A DNA stretch of 64,000 nucleotides from an uncultured Planctomycetaceae bacterium. Its GTDB lineage: Bacteria; Planctomycetota; Planctomycetia; Pirellulales; PALSA-1355. A model generated the notes under the pieces. That model had not been told where the DNA came from and searched no databases. It was given only the letters and a program-made list of their open reading frames with translations. Shown piece by piece: positions 1 through 10,412 of this stretch. The stretch spans positions 225,089 through 289,088 of the forward strand of contig CAWHDQ010000014.1 in the NCBI GenBank assembly GCA_963828155.1. The letters run 5' to 3'. The translations under genes were made by a program, and so were the position numbers. Each line of letters opens with the position of its first letter. Positions within the stretch are counted from its first letter, which is position 1.

Positions 1-130
1 CGATTCCCCAGAATGGCGCTCGCGCGTCATAGTCTGGCATGTCTGTGGCCTCATTGAATCTAACGACCGGCTCTGCTGGTGCGTTGCCGGCTTCAGGCGG
101 CTTGTATGGATTGGACTGAGCGTCGCTCAT
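1..130 (-). CDS. Hypothetical protein, N-terminus only (runs off window), with planctomycete-type NPYxPP motif
   Basis: Hand translation from ATG at 130: MSDAQSNPYKPPEAGNAPAEPVVRFNEATDMPDYDARAPFWGI..., open to the window edge. Confidence 0.55.
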   Translation of the reverse strand, partial: MSDAQSNPYKPPEAGNAPAEPVVRFNEATDMPDYDARAPFWGI

Positions 131-461
131 GCCCAAAGTCTACCAGAGCTGCCGGCCTGGAACTGCGGGTCTAGCCGAGCGGGGGGCGGGCAATACACAA
201 GGCCTCGGCAATCGGAGCGGGACCGCGTTTGCTGTGAACCGGACGCTTTGATCCTCGCGATTGCTCAAGCGGTTGACGAATTACCGTGGTGAGCGGCCGT
301 TCGTAATGATCGTCACGAAGTGACGCGTCGTGCTCGGGCCGCGTCAATGCGGGGCAACACCGGCCGCCGCCGGCGGTCTTAACGAGGGAGTTCGTCGGCG
401 CGTTTGTCCCTGCCCCCTAATCTCTACTCCCTGCCCCCTTCCTCTGCTACCATTGCCGGGC

Positions 462-1815
462 GTGCGCTCCCATGTCGTTCATAGCCCGGGCATTCTGAGG
501 CCGCTGGTCTTGCTGGCCGGACCGGTGCTCGTTGAGCAAGTGCTGGGCATGCTGGTCGGCTTCTCCGATACGCTGCTGGCCGGACACTATCTGAGCCAGT
601 CGCATCTGGCCGCGATGACGCTGCTGGCGTATCTGCTGTGGGCGTTCAACGGCCTGTTCTCGGTGATCGCGATCGGCTCGACGGCGATGGTCGCCCGATT
701 TGCCGGCGCCGGCGACTACGAAGATGCCAACCGCGCGACCCATCAGTCGCTGCTGGTGGGCATGGTGCTGGCGGTGATCGCCACGCTGGTGATGATGGCC
801 CTGGGCCCGCGGTTGGTGGGGGTGCTCGGGGCCGAGGGGGAAGTGGCCGAGCTGGTCACGCGGTATTTGCGGTTCCTGCTGCCGATGCTGCCGCTGATCA
901 TGCTCGAGGCCGTGCTCATCGCCTGTCTGCACGGCGCCGGCGACACGATCACCGGCCTGGTGGCGATGGTGCTGATCAACGTGACCAACATCGCGCTGAG
1001 CTGGTCGCTGATCCTGGGGCTGGGCCCCCTGCCTCGGCTGGGTTGGGACGGCGTGGCGATCGGCACGAGCGTGGGCTTCGCCATCGGAGGGCTCGTGCCG
1101 CTGGCGGTGCTGATCCGCGGCCGGTATGGCTTGCGGCTCGAGTGGCGGTTGCTCAAGCCCGACTTCGGTCTGATCCGCCGCTTGCTGCGAGTCGGCTTTC
1201 CCGGCGGGGCCGACGTGATGTCGCTGATCGCGCTACAGTTGATTTTTTTGCGCTGGTCAACCAATTGGGCACGCTGGCGATGGCGGCCCACGGCGTGGCG
1301 CTGCGGATGGAGTCGCTGGCCTACCTGCCGGGCTACGCCTTTCAGGTGGCGGCCGGCACGCTGGTGGGCCAGTTCCTGGGCGCGGCGATCCGGCGCGGGC
1401 CCTGCGAAGCGTGCGGCTGGCGGGCGCGTGCAACCTGACGTTCATGATCGTGGCGACGATTGGGCTGTACTGGGGCGCCGATTGGCTGGCCGGCTGGTTC
1501 GTCTCGGCCGACGATCGGGCGGTCGGCGAGCTGGCGGCCCGGCTGCTGCGGATCGTGGCCTTGGCCCTGGTGCCGCTGGGAATCTTGCAAGTGCTGACCG
1601 GCGCCCTGCGCGGCGCGGGCGATACTCGCTGGCCGCTGGTCTTTACGCTGATCGGCTTTGTCGGCGTGCGGCTGCCGCTGGCCTGGTGGCTGGCCTTCCA
1701 CGAGGATTTTGGGGTCCGCGGGGCCTGGATCGCGATGGCGGTCGATCTGAGCTTCCGCTGCCTGTTGGTCGTGGGCCGCTTCGAGCAAGGGGGCTGGAAG
1801 CGGGTGCGGGTGTGA
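462..1815 (+). CDS. MATE family efflux transporter (2 apparent frameshifts, ~1250 and ~1395)
   Basis: Stitched ORFs 330/638/1411; MATE motifs 'D TLLAGHY', 'GAGDT', 'LRGAGDTRWP', 'GAWIAM'; many TM segments; first shift lies at a T homopolymer; start uncertain (GTG 462 or TTG 453). Confidence 0.85.
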
Positions 1816-1851
1816 GCGGCGCCGCGGGCTGGGTCTATTCGAGAACCGTCT

Positions 1852-1900
1852 CGGACAAGGGGACAGTCCCATTTTGCTGCGCAAAATCGGGACGGTCCCC
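1852..1900. repeat. Palindromic GGGACAGTCCC-type repeat/hairpin between convergent genes
   Basis: gggacagtccc-attttgc-tgc-gcaaaat-c-gggacggtccc: nested inverted repeats. Confidence 0.55.
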
Positions 1901-1920
1901 GATTGTTGGCGGATTGGCTC

Positions 1921-3095
1921 TCAGTAGCGGTACACGCGGCGGAACAGCCACAGGCCCCAGAGGCCGAACACGATGTTGCCCAGCCAGACCGCCAGCGGCG
2001 GCGCCGAGCCGTTCTTGGCCAGATTCACCGCCAGCATCAGCGGCGGATAGTACAGGACCAGGATCGGAAAGAAGCAGGCAAAGAACGTAACCCAAACCTC
2101 CGGGCTGCGGCGGCGGATGGCCATCGGCACGCCGACCAGCGCGAAGAAAAAACAGCTGAAGCCGTTGGCCCAGCGGCGGGGCGGTTCGGTCCGCATGCGG
2201 AACAGCGTGTTGCGGGCTTCGGCCAGCTCGTGCCGCCGCGCGGCGGTGGTGGGACCGGCCAGCCGCAGAAGGTCGCCGCCGGTCAGGGCCAGAGCGGCGC
2301 CGGCGGCTTGCTGCTGTTCCATCCGCTCGATCAGCTTGACTTGCTTGGGCGTGCGCTCGACGAGCTCCTTGAGCGACATCCGCGAGGGGCTCTCGCCGCT
2401 GGTGTCGCCGGCGTCCATCAGGCGGATTTCGCGCTCGAAGGTGTCGGAGAACTCGAATGTGTTGCCGTCCATCTCGATGCTGCCGTCGCGGCAGATCACG
2501 GTCAGCACGCCGGAGCCGGGATTGGACCGCAGCTCCGCCTCGCGGGCGCGGACCAGGACGGGCGCGGCGCCCCCGAGCGGAACGTGAACATCGGCATCAG
2601 CAGCCGGCGCCCTTCGACGCCTTTGACGTTGACCGAGAATTGCGGCGAGACGAAGCATTTCTGCGTGCGGAGCACGCTGTAGGCGATTTCCTCGAAGGCG
2701 TCGGTGACGACTCGCTTGACGCCCTGCGGAGTCCAGGAGAAGCCCACGTCGTTGAGCCAGAACGTGACCAGGCTCAGCACCACCGCCAGTCCGAAGACCG
2801 GCAGCAGAATGCCGGTCGGGCTGACGCCCAGCGCCTTGAGGGCCACCACTTCGCCGGCCGCCGACATCCGGCCGAACACGCTGGTGACGGCAAACAGCAT
2901 CGCTGCCGGCACCGCGAACAGCAGCGCCTGCGGCAGCAAGTAGGGCATCAGCCTGGCGATCGGCCCAATGCCCAAGCCGTGCTCGATGGCCTCGCGGCCA
3001 ACGCCCACCAACAGCAGCACGGCCGTCAGCGCGCCGACGACCAGCAGGAACACCTGCAGGACTTCGCCGAGAACGTAGCGCGGGAACAGCGGCAT
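1921..3095 (-). CDS. LptF/LptG (YjgP/YjgQ) family LPS export permease (frameshift ~2575)
   Basis: MPLFPRYVLGE..., 'FGRMSAAGEVVALKALGVS', C-terminal 'RWANGFSCFFFALVGVPMAI...WLGNIV'. Confidence 0.85.
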
Positions 3096-3816
3096 AGGAC
3101 CTTGCAAGCGGCGCGGGCCGCGCGGGAACCATTCCACCCTGGCGCCGACGAACGCGCGGGGCTCAGAGCCGCCAGCTTATAGACAGGGCGTGCAAGCGGC
3201 GTCAATGCGGCTTGCGCCACGGGACCGACCGCGCCCGGCTGCCAGCATCGGTTGCCGCGGCAGCTGGTCGGGCTGCGGCCAGGACCCAAGCCGGAGAAGG
3301 TTTTTGGGACGGCGGGGGCGGCGGGGGCAATAATCGCGCCGCTCGGCCGCGAATGGATTGTCGGTTGGCGGCCCGTGGGCGGCCTGCCGCACGAAATCCG
3401 GCTGCGGGGCCACACACAACCCCGGCGCGGGGTGCGGCCCCGTCTGACGGCTCCGGGCAGCCTTCGCCGGCGATTTTCACCGCCGTATCCGCGGTTTTCG
3501 CGGGCCGTTCGACTCGTTGTCGCCGACCCTGGGGCGGGTTTTGTCGGCCGCCCAGCCACTTTAACTCGCCGCGACCCTTATTTAAGATGAATCATTCCGG
3601 CCCCAGCGGCTGGACCCGTGATGTCGGAACCCACGGGTCGGTACCCCCGCGACAGTGCCGACGCGACTTGCGACAGGCGGCCGGTTGCCGGCGGCGCAGA
3701 GCGCCACTGAAATCAGCGACACGATAGCAGCGACAATACCTGGCTGCGGCGGCGACCGGCCGCCCGGCATTCGGCGCCCCCAGACGGCGCATCCCTTCGA
3801 GAGGAGAGCACGCGGT

Positions 3817-4632
3817 ATGCTACGGAACGTTCGTCCGCATCACATTTGGTTGGGCCTGCTGATCGTGGTCGGCGTGGCCTTCATCTGCGGCCTGACGCCG
3901 GCGCTGGCCTGGGCCCAGGAAGAAGCCAAAGAAGCCGTGCCCGAGCAGAAATCGAAGTTCTGGTGGTTCATCGAATCGTCGGGCTTCATCGGCCTGGTGA
4001 TCTTGATGCTGAGCATCTATTTCGTCTCGACGGTCTGCCGGCTGTTCATCGAATTCCGGCCGATCGTGGCGGCTCCGCCCGAAATCGTCGACGAAGTCGA
4101 AGACATGCTGCAGAAGCGGCAATTCAAAGAAGTCTACGGCGTGGTGAAGGACGACCCCTCGTTCTACGGCCGGGTGCTGGCGACCGGCATCGCCGAACTG
4201 CCCAACGGCCTGTCCGAAGCCCGCGACGCGATGGAACGGGTCAGCGAGTCGCTGACCGTGGAAATGGAAAAGAAGATCAGCATGCTGGCCGTGCTCGGCA
4301 CGCTGGGCCCGATGATCGGCCTGTTGGGTACGCTGAAGGGGATGATCGCCAGCTTCTCGGTGATCGCGCTGAGCGGCACGCAGCTCAAGGCCAGCGAAGT
4401 GGCCGGCGGTATTTCGGAAGCCCTGCTGCTGACGTTCGAGGGCGTGGCCCTGTCGGTGCCGGCGATTTACTTCTTCGCCATTTTCCGCAACCGCGTCTCG
4501 TCGCTCTCGGTGATGACGACGCTGCAGTGCGACGAGTTCCTGCGGCACTTTGCCCATGCGGCCCGCAGCAAGGCGCCCCCGGCCACGCCGGCCGCCGCCG
4601 CCGCGGGACCCGCCAAGGCCGCCAAGGCCTAG
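3817..4632 (+). CDS. exbB: MotA/TolQ/ExbB proton channel protein
   Basis: 'LGTLGPMIGLLGTLKGMIASF' and 'GGISEALLLTFEGVALSVPA' TM2/TM3 signature; signal-peptide-like N-terminus; GGAG upstream. Confidence 0.9.
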   Translation: MLRNVRPHHIWLGLLIVVGVAFICGLTPALAWAQEEAKEAVPEQKSKFWWFIESSGFIGLVILMLSIYFVSTVCRLFIEFRPIVAAPPEIVDEVEDMLQKRQFKEVYGVVKDDPSFYGRVLATGIAELPNGLSEARDAMERVSESLTVEMEKKISMLAVLGTLGPMIGLLGTLKGMIASFSVIALSGTQLKASEVAGGISEALLLTFEGVALSVPAIYFFAIFRNRVSSLSVMTTLQCDEFLRHFAHAARSKAPPATPAAAAAGPAKAAKA

Positions 4633-4709
4633 TCGACCGTCCCCGCGGAGCGATCGCTCACGCTCGACCGCTTGAAATCTGACGAGACCGTTTTTCCGGA
4701 TCGCACACG

Positions 4710-5179
4710 ATGTCTGGCTCTCTCGACTCGGCCGCCAATGCCGAACCGAATCTGACTCCGATGCTGGACATGGTGTTCCAGTTGGTTACCTTTTTCATGC
4801 TGGTGATCAACTTCAAGACCGCGGCGATGGATCTGGACCTGAAGCTGCCGGTCGTCGGCTCCGCCCGAATGGTCGAAGGGGCGCCGGCAAGGAGCTGGTC
4901 GTGATGAACCTCGACTCGCACGGCGTGCTCCGCGTCTACGGCAACGAGGTTCCGAACATCGAGGCTTACGTGCAGAGCGAGGCCCTCAGCAGCCGGCTCG
5001 CGGTCCAACGCGCCGAGGGCACCGAATTGAAACCGGGGGACGACCTGCCTTCGATCGTGGTCATCCGCGCCGACAAGGACACCCCGTTCAAATTGCTCAA
5101 CCGCCTGATCAAGGCCTGTCAGGACAACGGTTTTCGCAACTTTGCCCTCAAGGCCATGAACAAGGCCGAGGGGACGTAG
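4710..5179 (+). CDS. exbD: ExbD/TolR protein #1 (frameshift ~4890)
   Basis: 'NLTPMLDMVFQLVTFFML' with conserved Asp; C-terminal 'VVIRADKDTPF'. Confidence 0.85.
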
Positions 5180-5253
5180 CGCCATAGGCTGGTCCGTGGC
5201 GGGCCGCCCCCCGAGTTGAAACTGAAGTCATTGCACTCTGAGCGCGTGTTTCG

Positions 5254-5772
5254 ATGAGCCGGAAGAAGAAAAAACGGGGCAACGAGAACGTCGAGCTCAA
5301 CCTGGCCGCCATGCTCGACATGGCGTTCCAGCTGCTCACGTTTTTCATCCTCACGTTCAAGCCCGCCCCGGTCGAAGGCCAGATCGACCTGCGGATGCCG
5401 CCGCCCCAATCGATCACGCCGCTGGCCGGCGGCAAGAAGGCCGGGCAAGACACCTCGAACACCGATCCCCTGCAGGGGCTGAATACCCTGGTCGTCAGCG
5501 TGGCGGCCAATCCCAAGGACGGCACGATCGGCTCGATGCAGGTGGGCGACGAGCTGGTCGGTTCGCTTCCGCGGCTCGACGAGCGGCTGCGGTCGATCTT
5601 CGGCACGCCCACCTCGCCCAAGGATCAGGTGCTGATCCACGTCGACTCGAAGCTGACCTACGCCGCGCTGATGAGCGTGGTCGACGTCTGCACCCGGCAG
5701 GTGATCGTCGACAAGGATGGCAATCAGAAGCCGCTCTCGAAGATGAGCTTCGTCGAGATGGTGACCGAGTAG
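5254..5772 (+). CDS. exbD: ExbD/TolR protein #2
   Basis: 'ELNLAAMLDMAFQLLTFFIL'; 'VLIHVDSKLTYAALMSVVDVC'. Confidence 0.88.
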   Translation: MSRKKKKRGNENVELNLAAMLDMAFQLLTFFILTFKPAPVEGQIDLRMPPPQSITPLAGGKKAGQDTSNTDPLQGLNTLVVSVAANPKDGTIGSMQVGDELVGSLPRLDERLRSIFGTPTSPKDQVLIHVDSKLTYAALMSVVDVCTRQVIVDKDGNQKPLSKMSFVEMVTE

Positions 5773-6001
5773 TAAGGTCGCTGCCGCCGAGAGCGCGGCG
5801 CTGTCGATTCGGATTGCTGCCGCGACGTGTACGCCAGCAGCATTTTCTTACAGCCTGCGGAGTGCTTTGCTGCGCGGTGTGCGCGCACCGCCAGGCGTGC
5901 CTCCGCGTGGCAGGCGGAATAACCGGCCGCCGCCCACGCGAATCTTGCCCTGGAAGCGGGGCCAACGGTTTGCCGGCTTCCAGGAACTCGGAGGCCAGGC
6001 A

Positions 6002-6493
6002 ATGCGCCGCCGTCGACGTCACGCGGTTCAGACGGTCGAGCTCAATCTGGCGGCCATGCTCGACATGGCGTTTCAGCTGCTGGCATTCTTCATCCTCACG
6101 TACCAGACCTCGCCGGTCGAGGGCCAGATCGACCTGCGGCTGCCGCCCCTGGCGACGAGCGTGCCGGTTCCCTCGCCGGGCGGAGATGTTGGCCAGCCGG
6201 CCAGCGCGCTCGTGGGCCTGACGACGCTCGACGTGGAGCTGCAGGCTGGCGTCGGCGGCGAGTTGGGCGGCATTTTGCTGGCCGGCCGCCCGGTCGACGA
6301 CCTGGGGCGACTGGAGCGCAAGCTGGCCCGCACCCTGGCCGATCCGACGATGCCGTTTCAGCGCGTGGCCTTGCACGTCGGGCCGCGGCTCCGCTACGAA
6401 GCGCTGATGCAGGTGATCGATGTTTGCGGCCGGCTCCGGGTGGCGTCGGGGCAGAAGCTGGCAGAGCTGAGCTTGCGGGAAATTCCGGAATGA
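6002..6493 (+). CDS. exbD: ExbD/TolR protein #3
   Basis: 'ELNLAAMLDMAFQLLAFFIL...PVEGQIDLR' nearly identical to #2; GGAGG RBS upstream. Confidence 0.85.
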   Translation: MRRRRRHAVQTVELNLAAMLDMAFQLLAFFILTYQTSPVEGQIDLRLPPLATSVPVPSPGGDVGQPASALVGLTTLDVELQAGVGGELGGILLAGRPVDDLGRLERKLARTLADPTMPFQRVALHVGPRLRYEALMQVIDVCGRLRVASGQKLAELSLREIPE

Positions 6494-6663
6494 ACGGGCC
6501 GTGCGCTACCGGGCCGAGGACCGCTGTTTGCCGCAAATCGGCGGCTTGCCGGCCCCATCGCGAGGCGCGTTTTCGGACGACGTCCTCTATACTATATTTC
6601 TGCGGACCCCCGCGGGGCGCTGGGGCCCGGTATCCGCTCCCGCCGATCCAGGAATCGTTCGAC

Positions 6664-8346
6664 ATGCGACGTTTGCGCGATCGTCAACAGGCCCACTTGT
6701 TTCGCGGCGGCGAGTTGCCGCGACTGATGACGATGGTCGTGATGCTGCTGGTGTTGGGGATGCTCTATCGCCGGGCCTCCGATCACAATACCTGGCGGTT
6801 TCTGACCGGCGAGCCGGCGTCCATCGGGACGCTGGACGACGACTCGACCGGCAGCCGGCCGCGGAGCACCCCGCACGCGCCGATCCGCAGGCCGGGCTCG
6901 GTCGTCGTCACCGCGCCCGAAACCGATGCCGATCTGATGCTGGCCTTCGAGCACAAAACCGTTCGGCCGGCCAGCGGGCCCGATCTCACGGCGGCGCCGT
7001 CCGCTGAAACGACCACCTCCGCGGAAACGCCCCCCTCCGCCCTGGTCGCCTCCGCGGCGACCGACCCCGAGCCTCCTGCCGCTGTGGCGGAGCCGACCGA
7101 AGTGGCCCAGGCCGAGCCCGCGCAAGATCAACCGCCAGCCGCGCAATCGCCAGCGGTCGACGATCCGGCAAGCGCCTCGTCCGTCGAACCCGTCGCGCCG
7201 CCGGCCAGCACGAGCGAACCTTCAGATCAACCCGCCGCGGCGCCGGCTGCGGAAGCGCCGGCCGCTAAGGAATCACCAACCACCCGCGAAGCACCGGCCA
7301 CGAAGGATTCGTCGGCTGCTGGTGCGGGACCGGCTGCGGCGGACGCGCAGGGCAGCGCCGCACCGGCGGCGGATGCCGGCGACAAGAAGCCGAGCGAGCC
7401 TGTCGCGCCGGTGCTGCCGAAGCCGTTGTTCCGGCCCCATCTGCCGGCCGCGCCGGACAACGTTCTCGATCCCAACCAGGAGCCGGCCAGGCCCGAGCTG
7501 GAGCCGAATCCGCTGGATGAAGACCCGCAGGAGCGGCAGCAATTCGACCGCGAGGCCGAGGCGATCTCCGATCGCACGCCGCTCGGCGAGGAGGAAATGT
7601 TCGCCTACTGGCGGCTGATGCGCTGGGCCCAGTCGCAGAATGCCGACCAGCTCGTCAAGCGGGCCCGCGGCGATTTTCGCTACGGCGACCTGCTCGAGCG
7701 TCCGCAGGAATTCCGCGGCGACCTGCTCAAGGTCAACGTACACATTCGCCGCATCTTGCGGTACGACTCGCCGCCGGGCATTCCAGTCGACGCGCATGAA
7801 TACTACGAAGCGGTCTGCTGGACCGAGGCCACGCAATCCTGGCTGTACACCTGCGTGTTCGTCGATCTGCCCGAGGGAATGAAGGTCGGCGATTTTCTCC
7901 AGGAAGAAGGGACCTTCGTCGGATATTTTTTGAAGACCTACGTCTACCTCGACGGCCGGGGCATCAAGGTCAAATCCCCAATCCTGATCGGGCGGATGAT
8001 TTATCGGCAGGCGCCGGCGATCACCCAGAGCAAGGACGAATGGATCTGGGGGGCGGCGGTCGGCGGGGGCTTGCTGCTGCTGTTTTTCGCCCGCTGGGGC
8101 TTGCGGTCGATCGGCAAATCCGGCACAAACCCGCCGGTTCGCCGGGTTTTGCAGCGCGGGCCTCTGGCGGACGAGCCTAGCGAGGGGCAAAACATCGAAG
8201 AGTGGCTCCAGCAGGCCGAGGCGCAGACCCGGGAAGCGGAAATAAAATCGGCCCTCGGGCACGATTTCAATGGCAGCCGGGCCGGTGACGGAGCCTCGCT
8301 GTTGGGCGACCTGGAACAGGGCAATGCGGGGCGAAATGAGCCCTGA
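6664..8346 (+). CDS. Hypothetical membrane protein: N-terminal TM, Pro/Ala/acidic stalk, beta-rich globular domain, C-terminal TM
   Basis: TM 'LMTMVVMLLVLGMLY'; low-complexity PAAAP region; globular 'FRYGDLLERPQEFRG...GYFLK'; TM 'WIWGAAVGGGLLLLFF'. Confidence 0.7.
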   Translation: MRRLRDRQQAHLFRGGELPRLMTMVVMLLVLGMLYRRASDHNTWRFLTGEPASIGTLDDDSTGSRPRSTPHAPIRRPGSVVVTAPETDADLMLAFEHKTVRPASGPDLTAAPSAETTTSAETPPSALVASAATDPEPPAAVAEPTEVAQAEPAQDQPPAAQSPAVDDPASASSVEPVAPPASTSEPSDQPAAAPAAEAPAAKESPTTREAPATKDSSAAGAGPAAADAQGSAAPAADAGDKKPSEPVAPVLPKPLFRPHLPAAPDNVLDPNQEPARPELEPNPLDEDPQERQQFDREAEAISDRTPLGEEEMFAYWRLMRWAQSQNADQLVKRARGDFRYGDLLERPQEFRGDLLKVNVHIRRILRYDSPPGIPVDAHEYYEAVCWTEATQSWLYTCVFVDLPEGMKVGDFLQEEGTFVGYFLKTYVYLDGRGIKVKSPILIGRMIYRQAPAITQSKDEWIWGAAVGGGLLLLFFARWGLRSIGKSGTNPPVRRVLQRGPLADEPSEGQNIEEWLQQAEAQTREAEIKSALGHDFNGSRAGDGASLLGDLEQGNAGRNEP

Positions 8347-8590
8347 TTCGCCCGCCGGGGACAGGCTCCACGGACTTGACTGGGGCGCGTTTCGGGAAAG
8401 ATAATCGAGTGCTGGCCAGGCCCGGCCGGCAGGCGGTGCTGGCGTGGGTCGATGCTGCGCCGGTCGCCGCGCGGGCGGCTGGGCGTTTTTGTTTCTGGCA
8501 TCCAAGGCGGTTGGCGGCTCCCCCGACGCAGGCGTCGGATCGGCCGCCCCATCCGGCGGCGAGGGCTCGCCCTAGAAGAGGATGTAGTCA

Positions 8591-10180
8591 ATGTCGGAGA
8601 TTGCCTCCCAGATACCTGCCTCGAACGAGCTGGTCGAGGACCTGAAACTCTGGGTCCGCGAGCGCGGCCTGTGGTGGGCCACCAGCGTCACCGCCCATGC
8701 CGTCATCCTGTCGCTCGGCTTGCTCCTGGCCGGCGTGATCGTCACTCCGCTGAAGAATGACGATGCGCATGCCTTCGACGCCACCAGCGAGCCAATCGCC
8801 CCCGAACAGGAAATCGAGCACTTCGAGCTGGGCGAAGCTCCCGAGCAGCCGACCGAGTTGACAACCGACTCGCTGATGCTCGAGACGCCCACCGTCACCG
8901 AGCAGATCAATACCAGCGATGCCGATCCGTTCACCGAAGCCGGCGGCGGCATGGGCAGCGCCGAGGTCTCGTTCGGCGGCGGCGCAGGATTCGAGATCAA
9001 GGGCATGGGCGCGGGCCCGGCCCTGAAGAACATGGGCGGCATCGGCGGCTCGGGCGAGAGCACCAAGCCTGGCAGCGGCGGCAAGGGCGAAGGCTTCGGC
9101 TCGCGCGGCACCGGCGTCCGCAAGGCGATGCTCGGCCACGGCGGCACCAAGGCCAGCGAACGGGCCGTTGCCGCGGCGCTCAATTGGCTTGCCCGGCACC
9201 AGGGCCCTGACGGCAATTGGAGCCTGGCCAACTACAAGAAGATGTGCAAGGACGGCACCTGCACCGGCACGTCCCAGGCCGAGTCGGACGCCGGCGCCAC
9301 CGCGATGGCCCTGCTCCCCTTCCTGGCGGCCGGCCAGACGCACAAGTCCAAGGGTCCCTACCGCAAGAACATCTACGCCGGGCTCTACTGGCTGATCAAG
9401 AACCAGAAGACCGACGGCGACCTGTCGGCCGGCAGCCCGCAAAAGATGTACACCCACGGGCTGGCCACCATCTGCATGTGCGAGGCCTACGGCCTCAGCC
9501 AGGATCCGACCGTCGGCGGTCCGGCCCAGCAAGCGCTCAATTTCATCTGCAAGGCTCAGAACCCGGGCACCGGCGGCTGGCGCTACCAGCCCGGCGAAGA
9601 AGGGGATACCTCGGTCGTCGGTTGGCAGGTGATGGGGCTCAAGAGCGGGTTGATGGCCGGCCTCGAAGTCCCATCCCCTGTGCTTGAAGGGGCCCAACGT
9701 TGGTTGAAGTCCTGTGCCTCGGGTAAGGGCGGCCTGTTTTCCTACGAGCGGGCCGGCGGTCCGACCGACACGATGTCTTCGGTCGGTCTGCTGTGCTCGC
9801 AGTATCTGGGCATGCAGAAGCAGGACCCGGCCATGGTCGAGGGGGTCGCCTTCCTGATGGCCAATTTGCCCGACGTCAACAAGCGGAACACGTACTACTG
9901 GTACTACGCCACTCAGGTGATGCACAACGTGCCGGGCTACGATTGGGATAACTGGAACCGCCGGATGCGGAAGATCCTGATCGATACCCAGGTGCGCAAG
10001 GGCTGCGCCGAGGGCAGCTGGGATCCGGCGGTGCCGGCCAAGGACGTCTGGGGCGAACATGGCGGGCGGATCTTCATGACCAGCCTGTCCTGCCTGACCC
10101 TGGAGGTCTATTACCGCTACCTGCCGCTCTACAAGCTGGACGGCCAGGACGCGAAGAAGCCGGCCGGCGAGGCCAAGTGA
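8591..10180 (+). CDS. Membrane-anchored prenyltransferase/squalene-cyclase-repeat ((alpha/alpha)6 barrel) protein with TonB-like SxxxH anchor
   Basis: QW-like repeats WLARHQGPDGNW, WLIKNQKTDG, FICKAQNPGTGGW, DTQ..EGSW; 'YYWYYATQ', 'LEVYYRYLP'; TM with S32-x3-H36. Confidence 0.85.
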   Translation: MSEIASQIPASNELVEDLKLWVRERGLWWATSVTAHAVILSLGLLLAGVIVTPLKNDDAHAFDATSEPIAPEQEIEHFELGEAPEQPTELTTDSLMLETPTVTEQINTSDADPFTEAGGGMGSAEVSFGGGAGFEIKGMGAGPALKNMGGIGGSGESTKPGSGGKGEGFGSRGTGVRKAMLGHGGTKASERAVAAALNWLARHQGPDGNWSLANYKKMCKDGTCTGTSQAESDAGATAMALLPFLAAGQTHKSKGPYRKNIYAGLYWLIKNQKTDGDLSAGSPQKMYTHGLATICMCEAYGLSQDPTVGGPAQQALNFICKAQNPGTGGWRYQPGEEGDTSVVGWQVMGLKSGLMAGLEVPSPVLEGAQRWLKSCASGKGGLFSYERAGGPTDTMSSVGLLCSQYLGMQKQDPAMVEGVAFLMANLPDVNKRNTYYWYYATQVMHNVPGYDWDNWNRRMRKILIDTQVRKGCAEGSWDPAVPAKDVWGEHGGRIFMTSLSCLTLEVYYRYLPLYKLDGQDAKKPAGEAK

Positions 10181-10412
10181 GGCGGCGCAAAAGCGCCCGC
10201 GCAACCTGACCGGCACGAACGATCGAGACAAGTAAATGGGGGCCTGGCTGGCGGCCCCGCGGGAACCGAGAAGCCAGCGTCCTATCCACCAGGCACCACC
10301 GCGCGGCGGTCCTTCGCGGACCGTGCGACGCGGCGCGCCCCGTCGGTTGCCTTCCCATTCGCGAGGCCCGAACCGGCGGGGACTATCCTTTATTGCCGCA
10401 CTGGCTGCAAGC

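Noticed and set aside
3600-3745. Cobalamin riboswitch upstream of exbB
   Set aside because: Only fragments (cccccgc, gccactg) match; core GGGAA, GGTG-AAATCC and the B12-box end are not recognisable
8591-10180. Squalene-hopene cyclase / hopanoid gene
   Set aside because: Single barrel, no DXDD motif, N-terminal TM anchor, no hpn genes nearby
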